Source: Candidatus Brocadiia bacterium
Lineage (GTDB): Bacteria > Planctomycetota > Uabimicrobiia > Uabimicrobiales > JABWCH01
Direction: 5' to 3'
Assembly: GCA_013359215.1 (NCBI GenBank)
Contig: JABWCH010000001.1
Location: forward strand, 7,528 to 71,527
Length of the DNA: 64,000 bases
A program made the position numbers and the translations under genes. A model generated the notes under the pieces. The model saw nothing but the letters and a program-made list of their open reading frames with translations. It was not told where the DNA came from and did no database searches. Shown here one piece after another: positions 9,740 to 18,640 of the stretch (positions are counted from its first letter, which is position 1; each line of letters opens with the position of its first letter).

Positions 9740-9812
9740 TAAAATCCCTGGACAAAAATTCTATTTCTAGCTACAATACCAAATGAAGTACCTTCCATCA
9801 AGCAAAAATTTG
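9740..9812. repeat. Right arm of 73-nt inverted repeat bounding the islet
   Basis: See 6404-6476; 67/73 identity in inverted orientation. It begins 19 nt after the Bro-N gene stop. Confidence 0.85.
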
Positions 9813-9836
9813 TAGCTTTTAAAAAAAGGGAGGTAT

Positions 9837-10022
9837 TTGTTCAAAAGTTTTTGTACCTATTGCAACATATTGATAAAAAATAATTAACCGCGGAGGCACA
9901 GAGGTCGCAGAGGAATTATATAGTTCTTTTTTTTCTTCTCTGCGTTCTCTGTGTCTCTGCGGTGAAATCTTATGTCTTGAGAAGTCCAAGATTAAAGATT
10001 AATACAAAGACTTTTGAGCAGT
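9837..10022. repeat. MITE-like ~185-bp element with the same termini but a GCAGAGG-word hairpin core
   Basis: Termini are tttgttcaaaagtttttgtacc and atacaaagacttttgagca (rc tgctcaaaagtctttgtat). Core arms are ccgcggaggcacagaggtcgcagagga (9888-9914) and tcttctctgcgttctctgtgtctctgcgg (9936-9962). Confidence 0.6.
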
Positions 10023-10300
10023 TACCTATATCTTCCTACACAAACAAATCGTTTAGATTTAGGACACTCTACTTCCTTAAATTGGCAGTGCTACCTGGCT
10101 GGAAATTAAAAAGCTGTAAAGTAGAAAAAAAAACCTTGCTTCACAATAAAATTCTAAGTAAAATGTTAGCCTGTTCTGTTTGTGTGGTGGTGGTCAAAAA
10201 AACATACAAATGGACGATGTGATCGGCTGAAATGAAAATAAATTTTTTAGCGTTCCAAATTTTCTATATTGGTCTTGTTTGAAATAGAATAGGATTGGGG

Positions 10301-11476
10301 ATGAACGAAAAAGTATTTAACCAAAGATATGTTACAAAAAAATTGCTTTCCAGCCAAGATGATTATTTCTTATGGATAGGCGAAGACAAGCAAACGCATT
10401 TGCCTGTTTGCATCAAAGAGTTTAATAAAAAGTCGCCCAACATTCCTTTAGCTGCAAAAGAATTTGCCAGAGAATGCTCTTTAGTGCAAAAGCTTGCCAG
10501 CATGAATTCTGAATACCTTGTAAAGATCTATTTTATTGATCCTCAATGTGCCTTTTACGTTATGGAGTACATACAAGGACAGAATGTTCAGGATTATATT
10601 GATGGCAAGAACAAAATTCCAGAGGCTAAATGCCTTGAAATTATAGTAAAGATTTCTCATGTTTTATCTAGGATCTACAATGAATTTAAAATCATCCATA
10701 GAAACATTGAGCCAAAGCATATTTTATTAAGACAATCGGATCTTGAGCCTAAGCTGACAGGCTTAGGGATTATTAAAGCCCAGGACTCCATGAATCTTAC
10801 CTTGGTAAATCAGGTAAAAGGTACATTTTTTTACCTTGCTCCTGAGCTGATTTACGCAGATTCCGACGCAGAAAGGGAATATTCTGTACAAAGCGACATT
10901 TATAGCTTGGGACTTACTTTTTATTTTATGGTCAGCGGCAGCAGCCTTTTTGAAAAGCCTGAAGAAATTATCCAGTTTGTACACAGCGGCAAGCTGCCCA
11001 ATAAATTTCGTGATTTTGGCAACAGAAACATTGCCAAGGCTATTTTTCAGATGATAGATAAAGACATTCTGAAAAGGCTATGCGACTATGAAGATGTAAT
11101 GAAGACTTTACAAGAGCTACAAAAATCTTTGGGATATCCTATAACTAAGATAGACAGCCCATCCATAGTAGCGGCAGTGCCTTCGCAAGAAAAAAGTCAA
11201 TCAGAGAAAAACATTCAAGAAATAGGGAATTTAAAAAAAGTTGTCAATGACTTGATTAAAGGGTTAAAAGACATCAAAGATTCTACATTGAGTTTAGAAT
11301 CCTTGAATCCAAAACCTGCTGCTGCCCCTGCTTCTAAAGAAGCCCAGAGTAAAGAAAAAGGCTATCAGGAAATTCAACTCTTAAAAAGAGATGTAAATAG
11401 CCTGATCAAAGTCATCAAGGATTTAAAAGAAAGAGTAACCCAGTTGGAGTCTATCCATTCCCAAAATTCTTTTTAG
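10301..11476 (+). CDS. Ser/Thr protein-kinase-fold protein, predicted catalytically dead (pseudokinase), with duplicated C-terminal coiled-coil motif
   Basis: Kinase landmarks kept: VCIKEF (VAIK Lys), LAPE, DIYSLG. Landmarks lost: no GxGxxG loop, HRD-loop reads HRNIEPKH, DFG reads TGLG. ATG 10301 is preferred over TTG 10295. Confidence 0.7.
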   Translation: MNEKVFNQRYVTKKLLSSQDDYFLWIGEDKQTHLPVCIKEFNKKSPNIPLAAKEFARECSLVQKLASMNSEYLVKIYFIDPQCAFYVMEYIQGQNVQDYIDGKNKIPEAKCLEIIVKISHVLSRIYNEFKIIHRNIEPKHILLRQSDLEPKLTGLGIIKAQDSMNLTLVNQVKGTFFYLAPELIYADSDAEREYSVQSDIYSLGLTFYFMVSGSSLFEKPEEIIQFVHSGKLPNKFRDFGNRNIAKAIFQMIDKDILKRLCDYEDVMKTLQELQKSLGYPITKIDSPSIVAAVPSQEKSQSEKNIQEIGNLKKVVNDLIKGLKDIKDSTLSLESLNPKPAAAPASKEAQSKEKGYQEIQLLKRDVNSLIKVIKDLKERVTQLESIHSQNSF

Positions 11477-11597
11477 CTTTGAATTGGATTTTTGAGAATC
11501 AAGAATTCTTGTAAAAAATATTCGTGATAATATTCTTTTCTTCCAAAATGAGTGTGTCCAAACAAGATCTGCTAGGTATTTATCCGAGGGTAAAACT

Positions 11598-14342
11598 ATG
11601 GATAATGTGGTAAAGGTTATCATTAAAGACAGGATCATAAATAAAACAGTAGCCTTAAAAGTAAAGGAAGAAACCCCAATCCAGCGTATTTTTGAAATTT
11701 TGGTAAAAAAATACGACCATCCTCAAAAAGGAAATATTCAAAATGTCCTGTTTACTTTTCAAGGGGAAGAGCTGCCTTTAGAAATGCCATTGAGTGAATT
11801 GATCGAAAAAAGAGGGTTCACAGAAGAAGACCGCATAGAGATTCAAGAGCGAACCAAAGCATCTAAACCTTTAACAACAGAAAAAAAAGACTTTGATTTT
11901 GTTAAGATGATGAGCAAGGGGGGCGCAGAATTCAGCAAGGCGATCATAGAAATCCTAATCAAAGGCCAGGTGCTTACAAGAGAAATTGCAGAATCCGCGC
12001 TATATTCTGCTAATCTGGAGAATCGTTCTGTTGTAACCAGTTTGATAGAGGGTGGATATATTAAAGAAAAAGATATTTTGGCAACAGTAAGCCGCCATTT
12101 AGAAATTTCTAGTGTGGACCTGGAAGGGATCACCATCTCTCCTGATATTCTGGATCTTATCCATAAAAATGAAGCAGAATACTATTGTATCCTGCCGATT
12201 CGCAAAACTGGCAAAAGGTTAGCCGTAGCGGTTGTGAATCCTTTTGATGCTGAAACGATGAATGAAATTAAAATGGTAACAGGAACAGAGATAGAGCCGC
12301 TTTTATCCACTGAATTGTCGATACGAGCTAAAATTAAATCTTTATACCAGAGAAAAAGCATACAAGAAGAAAAGCCAAACAGCATACCTGCTCCTATACC
12401 AATTATGGATTGGAATGAACAAAACGACGTTGAAAGTAACCCTTTTAGCTCAAAAATAAATGAAGAGAAAATTGTACCCTTCAAGACAGAAAAAAATAAG
12501 CTCATCATAAAAGATGGGCGCAAGATTGATGCCAAAGATTTTTCGCCAGAAGAATGCAATTTGCCTACAATCTGGGAAGATAAAAAACTTCCTGACCAAG
12601 ATGATTGGGAAGAAGAGAAAATGCAATGGAAAAAAACAGACACTTCTAGCAGAAAAGGGAAGCAAGAAAATACTAAAAAGGAAGAAAATATAGTAGAAGG
12701 CATAGATCTTTCTGATATAGGCTCTTTCCCTGAAGCTATTTCTTATGACATTCCTGCGGATATTGCTTTAGAAAATAACCAAAGCCCAGAAGCCAATTTC
12801 GAAGAATCCCCATCTTTGCCTGAAGGGATACCTGTTCTAGCAAATGCAGACTCTGATATACCCGATGCACTGGAAGTAGGGTCAACTCAGCAGGAAGAAA
12901 ATATGCCTTCCGAATCAGCTCCTTTTGAGGAAGGAAGCACAGATCAAAATCAGCAAGACAAAGACGATGAATGGCTGATTATTTCTGCGGACAAAGACCC
13001 CCACGCTATTTCAGATACATTAAAAACGCTGCCTTTTTCCGTGCCAGATAAAGTTCATCTGGAATCTTCTCCTTTTGTCATGACAGAAGAAGAAAAAGAG
13101 CTGGAAAATTTGCTTCGCAATGACATTCCAAAGAATGAACCAGGCGAACTATCAATACCAGAAGGAAAAGCAGATCTCGATATACCAGATTCCTTTAGCT
13201 TGAACTTTGGCGGAACAGAAGAAGAGGAAGACAATATTGTTTCCAGCGATTTGGTACAAACACAAAAAGTAGCATCATTCCAAAGAGATAAAACCCCATT
13301 GCCTTCTCCAGCGTTTACGGATAATGAAGATTTACTAGATACCATCATCGAAAGGCAAAAAGAAGTTTCTGTAAAAAAAGAAGGTATAGAAGAAAATATT
13401 GCGAGCGTAGAGCCTGGCAAAGAAATTCTCCTGGACAGCAGAAAACCAGAATTGCAGCGCGATGTTGAATCTGAAAAAATAGCTCCAGAAAAGCCAAAAA
13501 AGCAAACAGAAAATTTTGAGGCAAAGTCTAAGAAAGAAATCAGCGATGTCCAGCCCATAGAAGAAGATTTAAAAAAAGAAAAACCTGCAAAAAAAGAAAA
13601 AACAGTGGGCATAGTACGAGAAGAGGCCATAGATAGAATAGCCGATAAACCTAAGCCAGCAGCCGAGGATGCTATTCCCAAAAAAGAAACTTCTGCGGTT
13701 GTATTGCCTCCTTCTAAAATATCGCGGGAGGTCACTGTCCGATACTATAAAATCATGAATCCCTTGCGCAACTATCCCCTGGTGGTTTTATTTTCTCGAA
13801 AAAAACTACAAAAAATGGTACAAGATGCAAACGAAGAAATAGCCCAGAACACAGGAACATCGATGCAGGTAGACGCAAACAAGCCTATTGTTAAAATCGT
13901 ACCTTATTTACCTGGCTGCCTGAGTACACCTCAAGATGTTCCTTTGGACATAAGCCCTGAAGAATCCTATGCAAAAATATGGATTACCCCACTATGCAGC
14001 GGAAAAATAGAAGATGCAAAAATACAACTTTGGTATCAGGGGAAATGTATGCAAAGCATTCCTCTTGCTATCAAAGTAGTCCAACAAAGAGCTGTCAAAA
14101 TAGCAGCATTTATAGGCTTTTTCTTACCTTTAATTACTTTTATATATGAAATTTTTGAGATTAATCTGCCCAAACAATATGCCTTTTTAGAAAATATCAA
14201 AAAAATCATAGAATTTTCTGGTGGAGTTGCAAACTTTGGATTCATCCTTGGTGCTGTTTGCATCCTGATGGCTTTTGTCTTTTATGGATTCAAAAAGCCC
14301 AAGCAAGCAAAGCCTATTGTTGATATGGTCGATTTTACTTAA
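11598..14342 (+). CDS. GspE_N/MshEN-domain protein with long acidic low-complexity region and C-terminal TM segments
   Basis: Residues about 105-250 (ILIKGQVLTREIAESALYSA...YYCILPIRKTGKRLAVAVVNPFDAETMNEIKMVTGTEIEPLLST) match the T2SS protein E N-terminal domain. About 400 aa are rich in E/D/K/P. Two hydrophobic helices lie near the C-terminus. Confidence 0.65.
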   Translation: MDNVVKVIIKDRIINKTVALKVKEETPIQRIFEILVKKYDHPQKGNIQNVLFTFQGEELPLEMPLSELIEKRGFTEEDRIEIQERTKASKPLTTEKKDFDFVKMMSKGGAEFSKAIIEILIKGQVLTREIAESALYSANLENRSVVTSLIEGGYIKEKDILATVSRHLEISSVDLEGITISPDILDLIHKNEAEYYCILPIRKTGKRLAVAVVNPFDAETMNEIKMVTGTEIEPLLSTELSIRAKIKSLYQRKSIQEEKPNSIPAPIPIMDWNEQNDVESNPFSSKINEEKIVPFKTEKNKLIIKDGRKIDAKDFSPEECNLPTIWEDKKLPDQDDWEEEKMQWKKTDTSSRKGKQENTKKEENIVEGIDLSDIGSFPEAISYDIPADIALENNQSPEANFEESPSLPEGIPVLANADSDIPDALEVGSTQQEENMPSESAPFEEGSTDQNQQDKDDEWLIISADKDPHAISDTLKTLPFSVPDKVHLESSPFVMTEEEKELENLLRNDIPKNEPGELSIPEGKADLDIPDSFSLNFGGTEEEEDNIVSSDLVQTQKVASFQRDKTPLPSPAFTDNEDLLDTIIERQKEVSVKKEGIEENIASVEPGKEILLDSRKPELQRDVESEKIAPEKPKKQTENFEAKSKKEISDVQPIEEDLKKEKPAKKEKTVGIVREEAIDRIADKPKPAAEDAIPKKETSAVVLPPSKISREVTVRYYKIMNPLRNYPLVVLFSRKKLQKMVQDANEEIAQNTGTSMQVDANKPIVKIVPYLPGCLSTPQDVPLDISPEESYAKIWITPLCSGKIEDAKIQLWYQGKCMQSIPLAIKVVQQRAVKIAAFIGFFLPLITFIYEIFEINLPKQYAFLENIKKIIEFSGGVANFGFILGAVCILMAFVFYGFKKPKQAKPIVDMVDFT

Positions 14343-14453
14343 ACAAGGGCGTTAATAACACACTGTAGGGGTTTAACAGAGCAACCCATGTGTTGATTAC
14401 AGCAATTCTCACTTGCGATGCATACAGAGTATACATCGGATTCAAAGAAATTT

Positions 14454-14520
14454 ATCCATAGATTACGCAGATTACACAGATTTTCAAAGCCTTTATCTGC
14501 GTAATCTGTGTAATCTGCGG
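14454..14520. repeat. Hairpin of the GATTACGCAG/CTGCGTAATC word family
   Basis: ccatagattacgcagattacacagat (14454-14479) pairs with atctgcgtaatctgtgtaatctgcgg (14494-14519) at about 22/26. The listed ORF 14339-14554 (...NLCNLRNLWI...) is just its translation. Confidence 0.7.
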
Positions 14521-14623
14521 AATATTTTATAGGCGATTTTTGTATGCAATACAACTGAGAAATGCTGTATTGTAAAATAAGTTGTACAAATGTATCATTT
14601 ACTCGATATAAGGAGAAATATAT

Positions 14624-15100
14624 ATGAGACGATCCAATAAAGGTATGTCTTTAATTGAACTTATGGTAGCTATCGCTATCATAGCACTCATCGCTGCTGT
14701 AGCAATCCCTGGTCTTCTTTCTTCCAAAAGAGCTTCTAACGCTACAGCCGCTTTTGCAAACCTTAAAAGCTTTTCTACTTCAATGTCTGCCTATATTGAA
14801 AAACAAAGCGATCAATCTTATCCTGAAGAGATTGACAACATAGGCGACTATTACACACATCTGCCTAAAAAAGGTGGATACAATTATTATTATTTATCTG
14901 ATGTAACTCGTTTTATTTATTATGCTTATCCAGATAGTTTAAGCAATGGCACAAAAATCTTTTTCGTAGATGAATCAAGCCATCTTTTTGAAGCTGGTGT
15001 AGACACTGAAAACTATTTAATACCACCTACTGTAAATCTTTTTACAACTTCAGAAAATAGAATTATAGAACCCAATTTAACCTGGGAAAAGAAATCTTAA
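14624..15100 (+). CDS. Prepilin-type N-terminal cleavage/methylation domain protein (type IV pilin / T2SS pseudopilin-like)
   Basis: N-terminus KGMSLIELMVAIAIIALIAAVAIPGLL is the class III signal plus a hydrophobic helix with Glu+5. An AGGAG RBS lies upstream. Confidence 0.85.
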   Translation: MRRSNKGMSLIELMVAIAIIALIAAVAIPGLLSSKRASNATAAFANLKSFSTSMSAYIEKQSDQSYPEEIDNIGDYYTHLPKKGGYNYYYLSDVTRFIYYAYPDSLSNGTKIFFVDESSHLFEAGVDTENYLIPPTVNLFTTSENRIIEPNLTWEKKS

Positions 15101-15140
15101 TGTATTTTTCACTATCGCATAGAGAGAGGAAGGAGTTTTT

Positions 15141-17375
15141 ATGCGAAAATTTTTTCTTGTTTTTTTAGCTTTCTGTCTGCCTATTATGGCACAATTTTTC
15201 GACATTCAATCGGATTTTAGCGATGAGACAAGATATGGCGCACATATCGACAGCAATGGATGGGTACATTTTGTTGTTTATTCGCCTCATGCTGACCAGG
15301 TTTCTCTTCTGCTTTTCTCAGGCGCAAACGACCTGAAACCAGCCAGTGCAATCCCTATGGAAAAAAGCGGCAATGACTGGAAGATCAAAATCCAGGGATC
15401 TGGCGTTGGTCATGGGACTTACTATATGTATTCCAGCAGAGGAAGAAAAGAAGTTTCCACAACAAAACAATTTGGACTGATGTTCAACGAAAACTACTTT
15501 CTCAATGATCCCTATTCTTACAAAAACCAAAACGTCAAATATTCTTCTTTCTTTAAAGATCTTCCTTACGTAGATCGCAATGAAAGCATATATGCTGGCG
15601 GCGGCAAAAGCGTTGTTTATAATCATAACACAGACAGCCATCCAGGCTATGTCAAGATTGCCCCTAAAGACTTGGTTGTCTATGAAATGCACGTCCAGGA
15701 CTATACAGCCAGAATCCAAAATCTGGATGCCTCCAAAAGAGGAACATACTTAGGTCTGGCACAAAGTGGCTTAAAAACCGCTGGTGGCTTGTCCGCTGGA
15801 ATCGATCATCTTGTTGAATTAGGTGTCAATGCAGTAGAGCTTATGCCCATCATGGAATATGACGAAGAAACAGGAAACATGGAAGGCAGATACAACCATT
15901 GGGGTTACATGACTTCCAACTTTTTTGCTCCCGAAGCAAGATATGCCTCCCGTCCAGGCAATGAAATTATAGAACTCAAACAACTCATCAAAGCTTTCCA
16001 TCAAAAGAATATTGCCGTATTCATGGATGTGGTTTTCAACCATACAGCCGAACAAAGTCCATGGATAAGCAATAAAAAGCTGGCTGCCAAGTTCTACAAT
16101 ACCATGGGTCTTCACAATACGTGCTTCTATCGTCCTACTTCCGACCAAAACTGGTATTACAACAACACTGGTACAGGAAACGATGTTACTTTCATGGGCG
16201 GGGATTCTATGTATACAAAACGTTTTACAAACGACTCCCTTGCTCTTTGGTATCAAGCTTATGGAATCGATGGATTCCGCTTTGATCTGGCCCGCATTCT
16301 TGCCGATGGCTCGCACAATGCTGCTGATTGGGTAGACAACGATTCCCGCTTTAAAGGTGCTCATCTCCATGCTGAACCATGGGATATGGGAGGCCAATGG
16401 TGGGATTTCATGGACAGCGGCAACTGGAATCATAGCAACAACCGATGGACAAAATGGCTTGGACGCTACAGAGACAATATCCGCAAGTTTTCTGCTTCTG
16501 GCTTAAAAGATCTCCGTATGTTCAAACAACTGGTTGAAGGCTTTGGCTCTACTTCCGATGGTACCCCTGCTTCTAGCAAGCCATGGCGTTCTATCAACAT
16601 GATTACTTGCCATGATGGCTATACCATGAGAGACGTTGTATATTACAATGATGGCGATGGATCTCACAACTGCTGGGACAGCAATGGCGATGAAAACCTC
16701 AGAAGAGAAAGACAAAAATTGATGATGGGTGTTCTGCTGACATCCCAAGGTGTTCCTATGATTCTCCAAGGCGATGAATTTGGAAGAACACAAGCTTCTG
16801 CTTTAAGCCAGGGAGATGCCCACAATACATACAACTACGAATCCAGCAAGGGCGACAACAAAATCAATAATGTCAACTGGATAGACTGGAAGCTAAAAGA
16901 TGGCGATAATACCGAAAGCAAACATGGCCCTCAGTATGGTAAAGAGCTTTTCTATTGGACTAAAAATCTTATTGGACTACGCAAACAGTGGAGTCATTTC
17001 AGACAAGAACACTTTGTTTCCTACGTAGATCAGGCATGGAATGGCGGATCAAATGCAGGAAATAAAAATGATGGCAAATTTTCCTATATATGGCAGAATT
17101 CTGACTCTGGTTCTCCTACACAACTCGCCGTGATTTGGTGGGGCAAATCAGGTGAACCTGACATTATGGTTATATACAACGAGCATTGGAACGATTTTAC
17201 CATCAATAACCTGGGCAATTTTTCCCAAGGTAACTGGAAAGTTCTGGCACGTTCCTGGTATGGAGAAAAACAGGATTTTGGCAGCCTTTCCAACTGGACA
17301 TCTTGCCCTGATGCTGGCAATGCCATGACTCTAAAAGGTCGTTCTATGGCTATTTTAATCAGTGACAACAACTAA
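15141..17375 (+). CDS. Secreted GH13 alpha-glucan debranching enzyme (GlgX/isoamylase/pullulanase-like)
   Basis: Signal peptide MRKFFLVFLAFCLPIMAQ. GH13 regions are I DVVFNHT, II GIDGFRFDLA, III HAEPWD and IV ITCHDGYT. Confidence 0.85.
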   Translation: MRKFFLVFLAFCLPIMAQFFDIQSDFSDETRYGAHIDSNGWVHFVVYSPHADQVSLLLFSGANDLKPASAIPMEKSGNDWKIKIQGSGVGHGTYYMYSSRGRKEVSTTKQFGLMFNENYFLNDPYSYKNQNVKYSSFFKDLPYVDRNESIYAGGGKSVVYNHNTDSHPGYVKIAPKDLVVYEMHVQDYTARIQNLDASKRGTYLGLAQSGLKTAGGLSAGIDHLVELGVNAVELMPIMEYDEETGNMEGRYNHWGYMTSNFFAPEARYASRPGNEIIELKQLIKAFHQKNIAVFMDVVFNHTAEQSPWISNKKLAAKFYNTMGLHNTCFYRPTSDQNWYYNNTGTGNDVTFMGGDSMYTKRFTNDSLALWYQAYGIDGFRFDLARILADGSHNAADWVDNDSRFKGAHLHAEPWDMGGQWWDFMDSGNWNHSNNRWTKWLGRYRDNIRKFSASGLKDLRMFKQLVEGFGSTSDGTPASSKPWRSINMITCHDGYTMRDVVYYNDGDGSHNCWDSNGDENLRRERQKLMMGVLLTSQGVPMILQGDEFGRTQASALSQGDAHNTYNYESSKGDNKINNVNWIDWKLKDGDNTESKHGPQYGKELFYWTKNLIGLRKQWSHFRQEHFVSYVDQAWNGGSNAGNKNDGKFSYIWQNSDSGSPTQLAVIWWGKSGEPDIMVIYNEHWNDFTINNLGNFSQGNWKVLARSWYGEKQDFGSLSNWTSCPDAGNAMTLKGRSMAILISDNN

Positions 17376-17426
17376 TCATATACCCAGTGCATTGCCCTGG
17401 GCAACGCCCTGGGTCAAGGAATCTGC

Positions 17427-18164
17427 ATGGAATTATTTCTGGAAACAAGAAATCTTGTAAAAGTATACAACAAAAGAATGGTTGTAGATCATGTCTCGCT
17501 TGTAATCAAGCAAGGAGAAATCGTAGGCATCCTGGGCCCTAACGGTGCAGGAAAAACAACCACTTTCCGCATGGTCGCTGGCCTGATTCATTCCGATGAA
17601 GGAGAGATTTACTTCAATGGCAAAGAAATCAGCAAACTTCCCATGTATGCAAGATCCCGCATAGGGATTGGATATTTGCCTCAAGAGCCTACTATATTCT
17701 CACAGCTTACAGTACAGGAAAATCTCATGATTATCCTGGAATATATGGACATAAGCAAAAAAGAAAGAAAAGAACGCATGGAATCTTTGCTCCATGAAAT
17801 GAATCTCATCCATCTAAGCAAATCCAAAGCAGGAACGCTTTCTGGCGGAGAGCGCAGACGACTGGAAGTCACAAGATCCTTGATTTCCTGCCCTTCTTTT
17901 TTGATGCTAGATGAACCCTTTGCAGCCATTGACCCTAAAGTAGTAGAAGGTCTTCAAGAAATCATCCTGAATCTTAAGAAAAGAAATATTGGCATTTTAA
18001 TCACAGACCATAAGCCCAGAGAAACCCTGAGCATCACAGACCACACCTATATCATCCACAAAGGCAAAATTTTAAGGCATGGAAATACCCAGGAGCTTGT
18101 CAATGATGAAAGCGTAAAAAAGCTCTATCTGGGGGAAAAGTTTATCATGCCTGAATATAGCTAA
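17427..18164 (+). CDS. lptB: LPS export ABC transporter ATP-binding protein LptB
   Basis: 245 aa with Walker A GPNGAGKTT, the LptB-typical YLPQEPTIFSQLTVQENL, signature LSGGERRRLE and Walker B FLMLDEPF. Confidence 0.85.
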   Translation: MELFLETRNLVKVYNKRMVVDHVSLVIKQGEIVGILGPNGAGKTTTFRMVAGLIHSDEGEIYFNGKEISKLPMYARSRIGIGYLPQEPTIFSQLTVQENLMIILEYMDISKKERKERMESLLHEMNLIHLSKSKAGTLSGGERRRLEVTRSLISCPSFLMLDEPFAAIDPKVVEGLQEIILNLKKRNIGILITDHKPRETLSITDHTYIIHKGKILRHGNTQELVNDESVKKLYLGEKFIMPEYS

Positions 18165-18178
18165 AACAGGAGTCCCCA

Positions 18179-18523
18179 ATGGCAGAGAATGTATGGGTTA
18201 AAGAATTCCCAGGAGCGGTCACAGTATGCGACACAAACGGAACTATCCTGGAAATGAATGATAAAGCATCCAAAACCTTTGCAAAAGATGGAAAAAGCTT
18301 GATTGGCAGCAATGTCCTGGATTGCCATCCTGAGCCATCCAAAACAAAATTAAAAAGCCTTATGGAAACCCAACAAAAAAACGTTTATACTATTGAAAAG
18401 AAGGGGATAAAAAAGCTGATTTACCAGACACCCTGGTATTGTGATGGGAAATACTGCGGATTTGTAGAACTTTCTTTGGAAATCCCATTTGAAATGCCTC
18501 ATTTCATAAGAAAAGAGACATAA
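18179..18523 (+). CDS. Stand-alone PAS-domain protein
   Basis: 114 aa. The pattern AVTVCDTNGTILEMNDKASKTF...GSNVLDCHPE...IYQTPWYCDGKYCGFVEL fits a single PAS fold. Confidence 0.6.
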   Translation: MAENVWVKEFPGAVTVCDTNGTILEMNDKASKTFAKDGKSLIGSNVLDCHPEPSKTKLKSLMETQQKNVYTIEKKGIKKLIYQTPWYCDGKYCGFVELSLEIPFEMPHFIRKET

Positions 18524-18561
18524 GTTATTGATAGAAATCATGCAAAGAGATTTTTATTTTT

Positions 18562-18607
18562 AGGGAAAATTTTTGTAAAAATTTTCCCCCAAACCACCTT
18601 TAAAAAC
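18562..18607. repeat. Palindrome-containing 46-nt element (copy 1)
   Basis: agggaaaatttttgtaaaaattttcccccaaaccacctttaaaaac. The core GGGAAAATTTTTGTAAAAATTTTCCC is a perfect palindrome. An inverted copy lies at 21272-21319. Confidence 0.8.
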
Positions 18608-18640
18608 TTTTATATATTTATTTCCAAATAGGGAAAATTT

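Noticed and set aside
14339-14554. 71-aa ORF (…NLCNLRNLWI…) and the 86-aa ORF at 9962-10222
   Set aside because: Both are translations through the word-hairpin/MITE-like repeats and have no RBS or coding-like composition. I treat them as non-coding repeat DNA.
17381-17416. GC-rich repeat (gccctggg twice) between the GH13 gene and lptB as a terminator or attenuator
   Set aside because: Only a 6-bp outer stem (acccag/ctgggt) is present, with no U-tract, and the lptB start is about 10 nt downstream. The evidence is insufficient.
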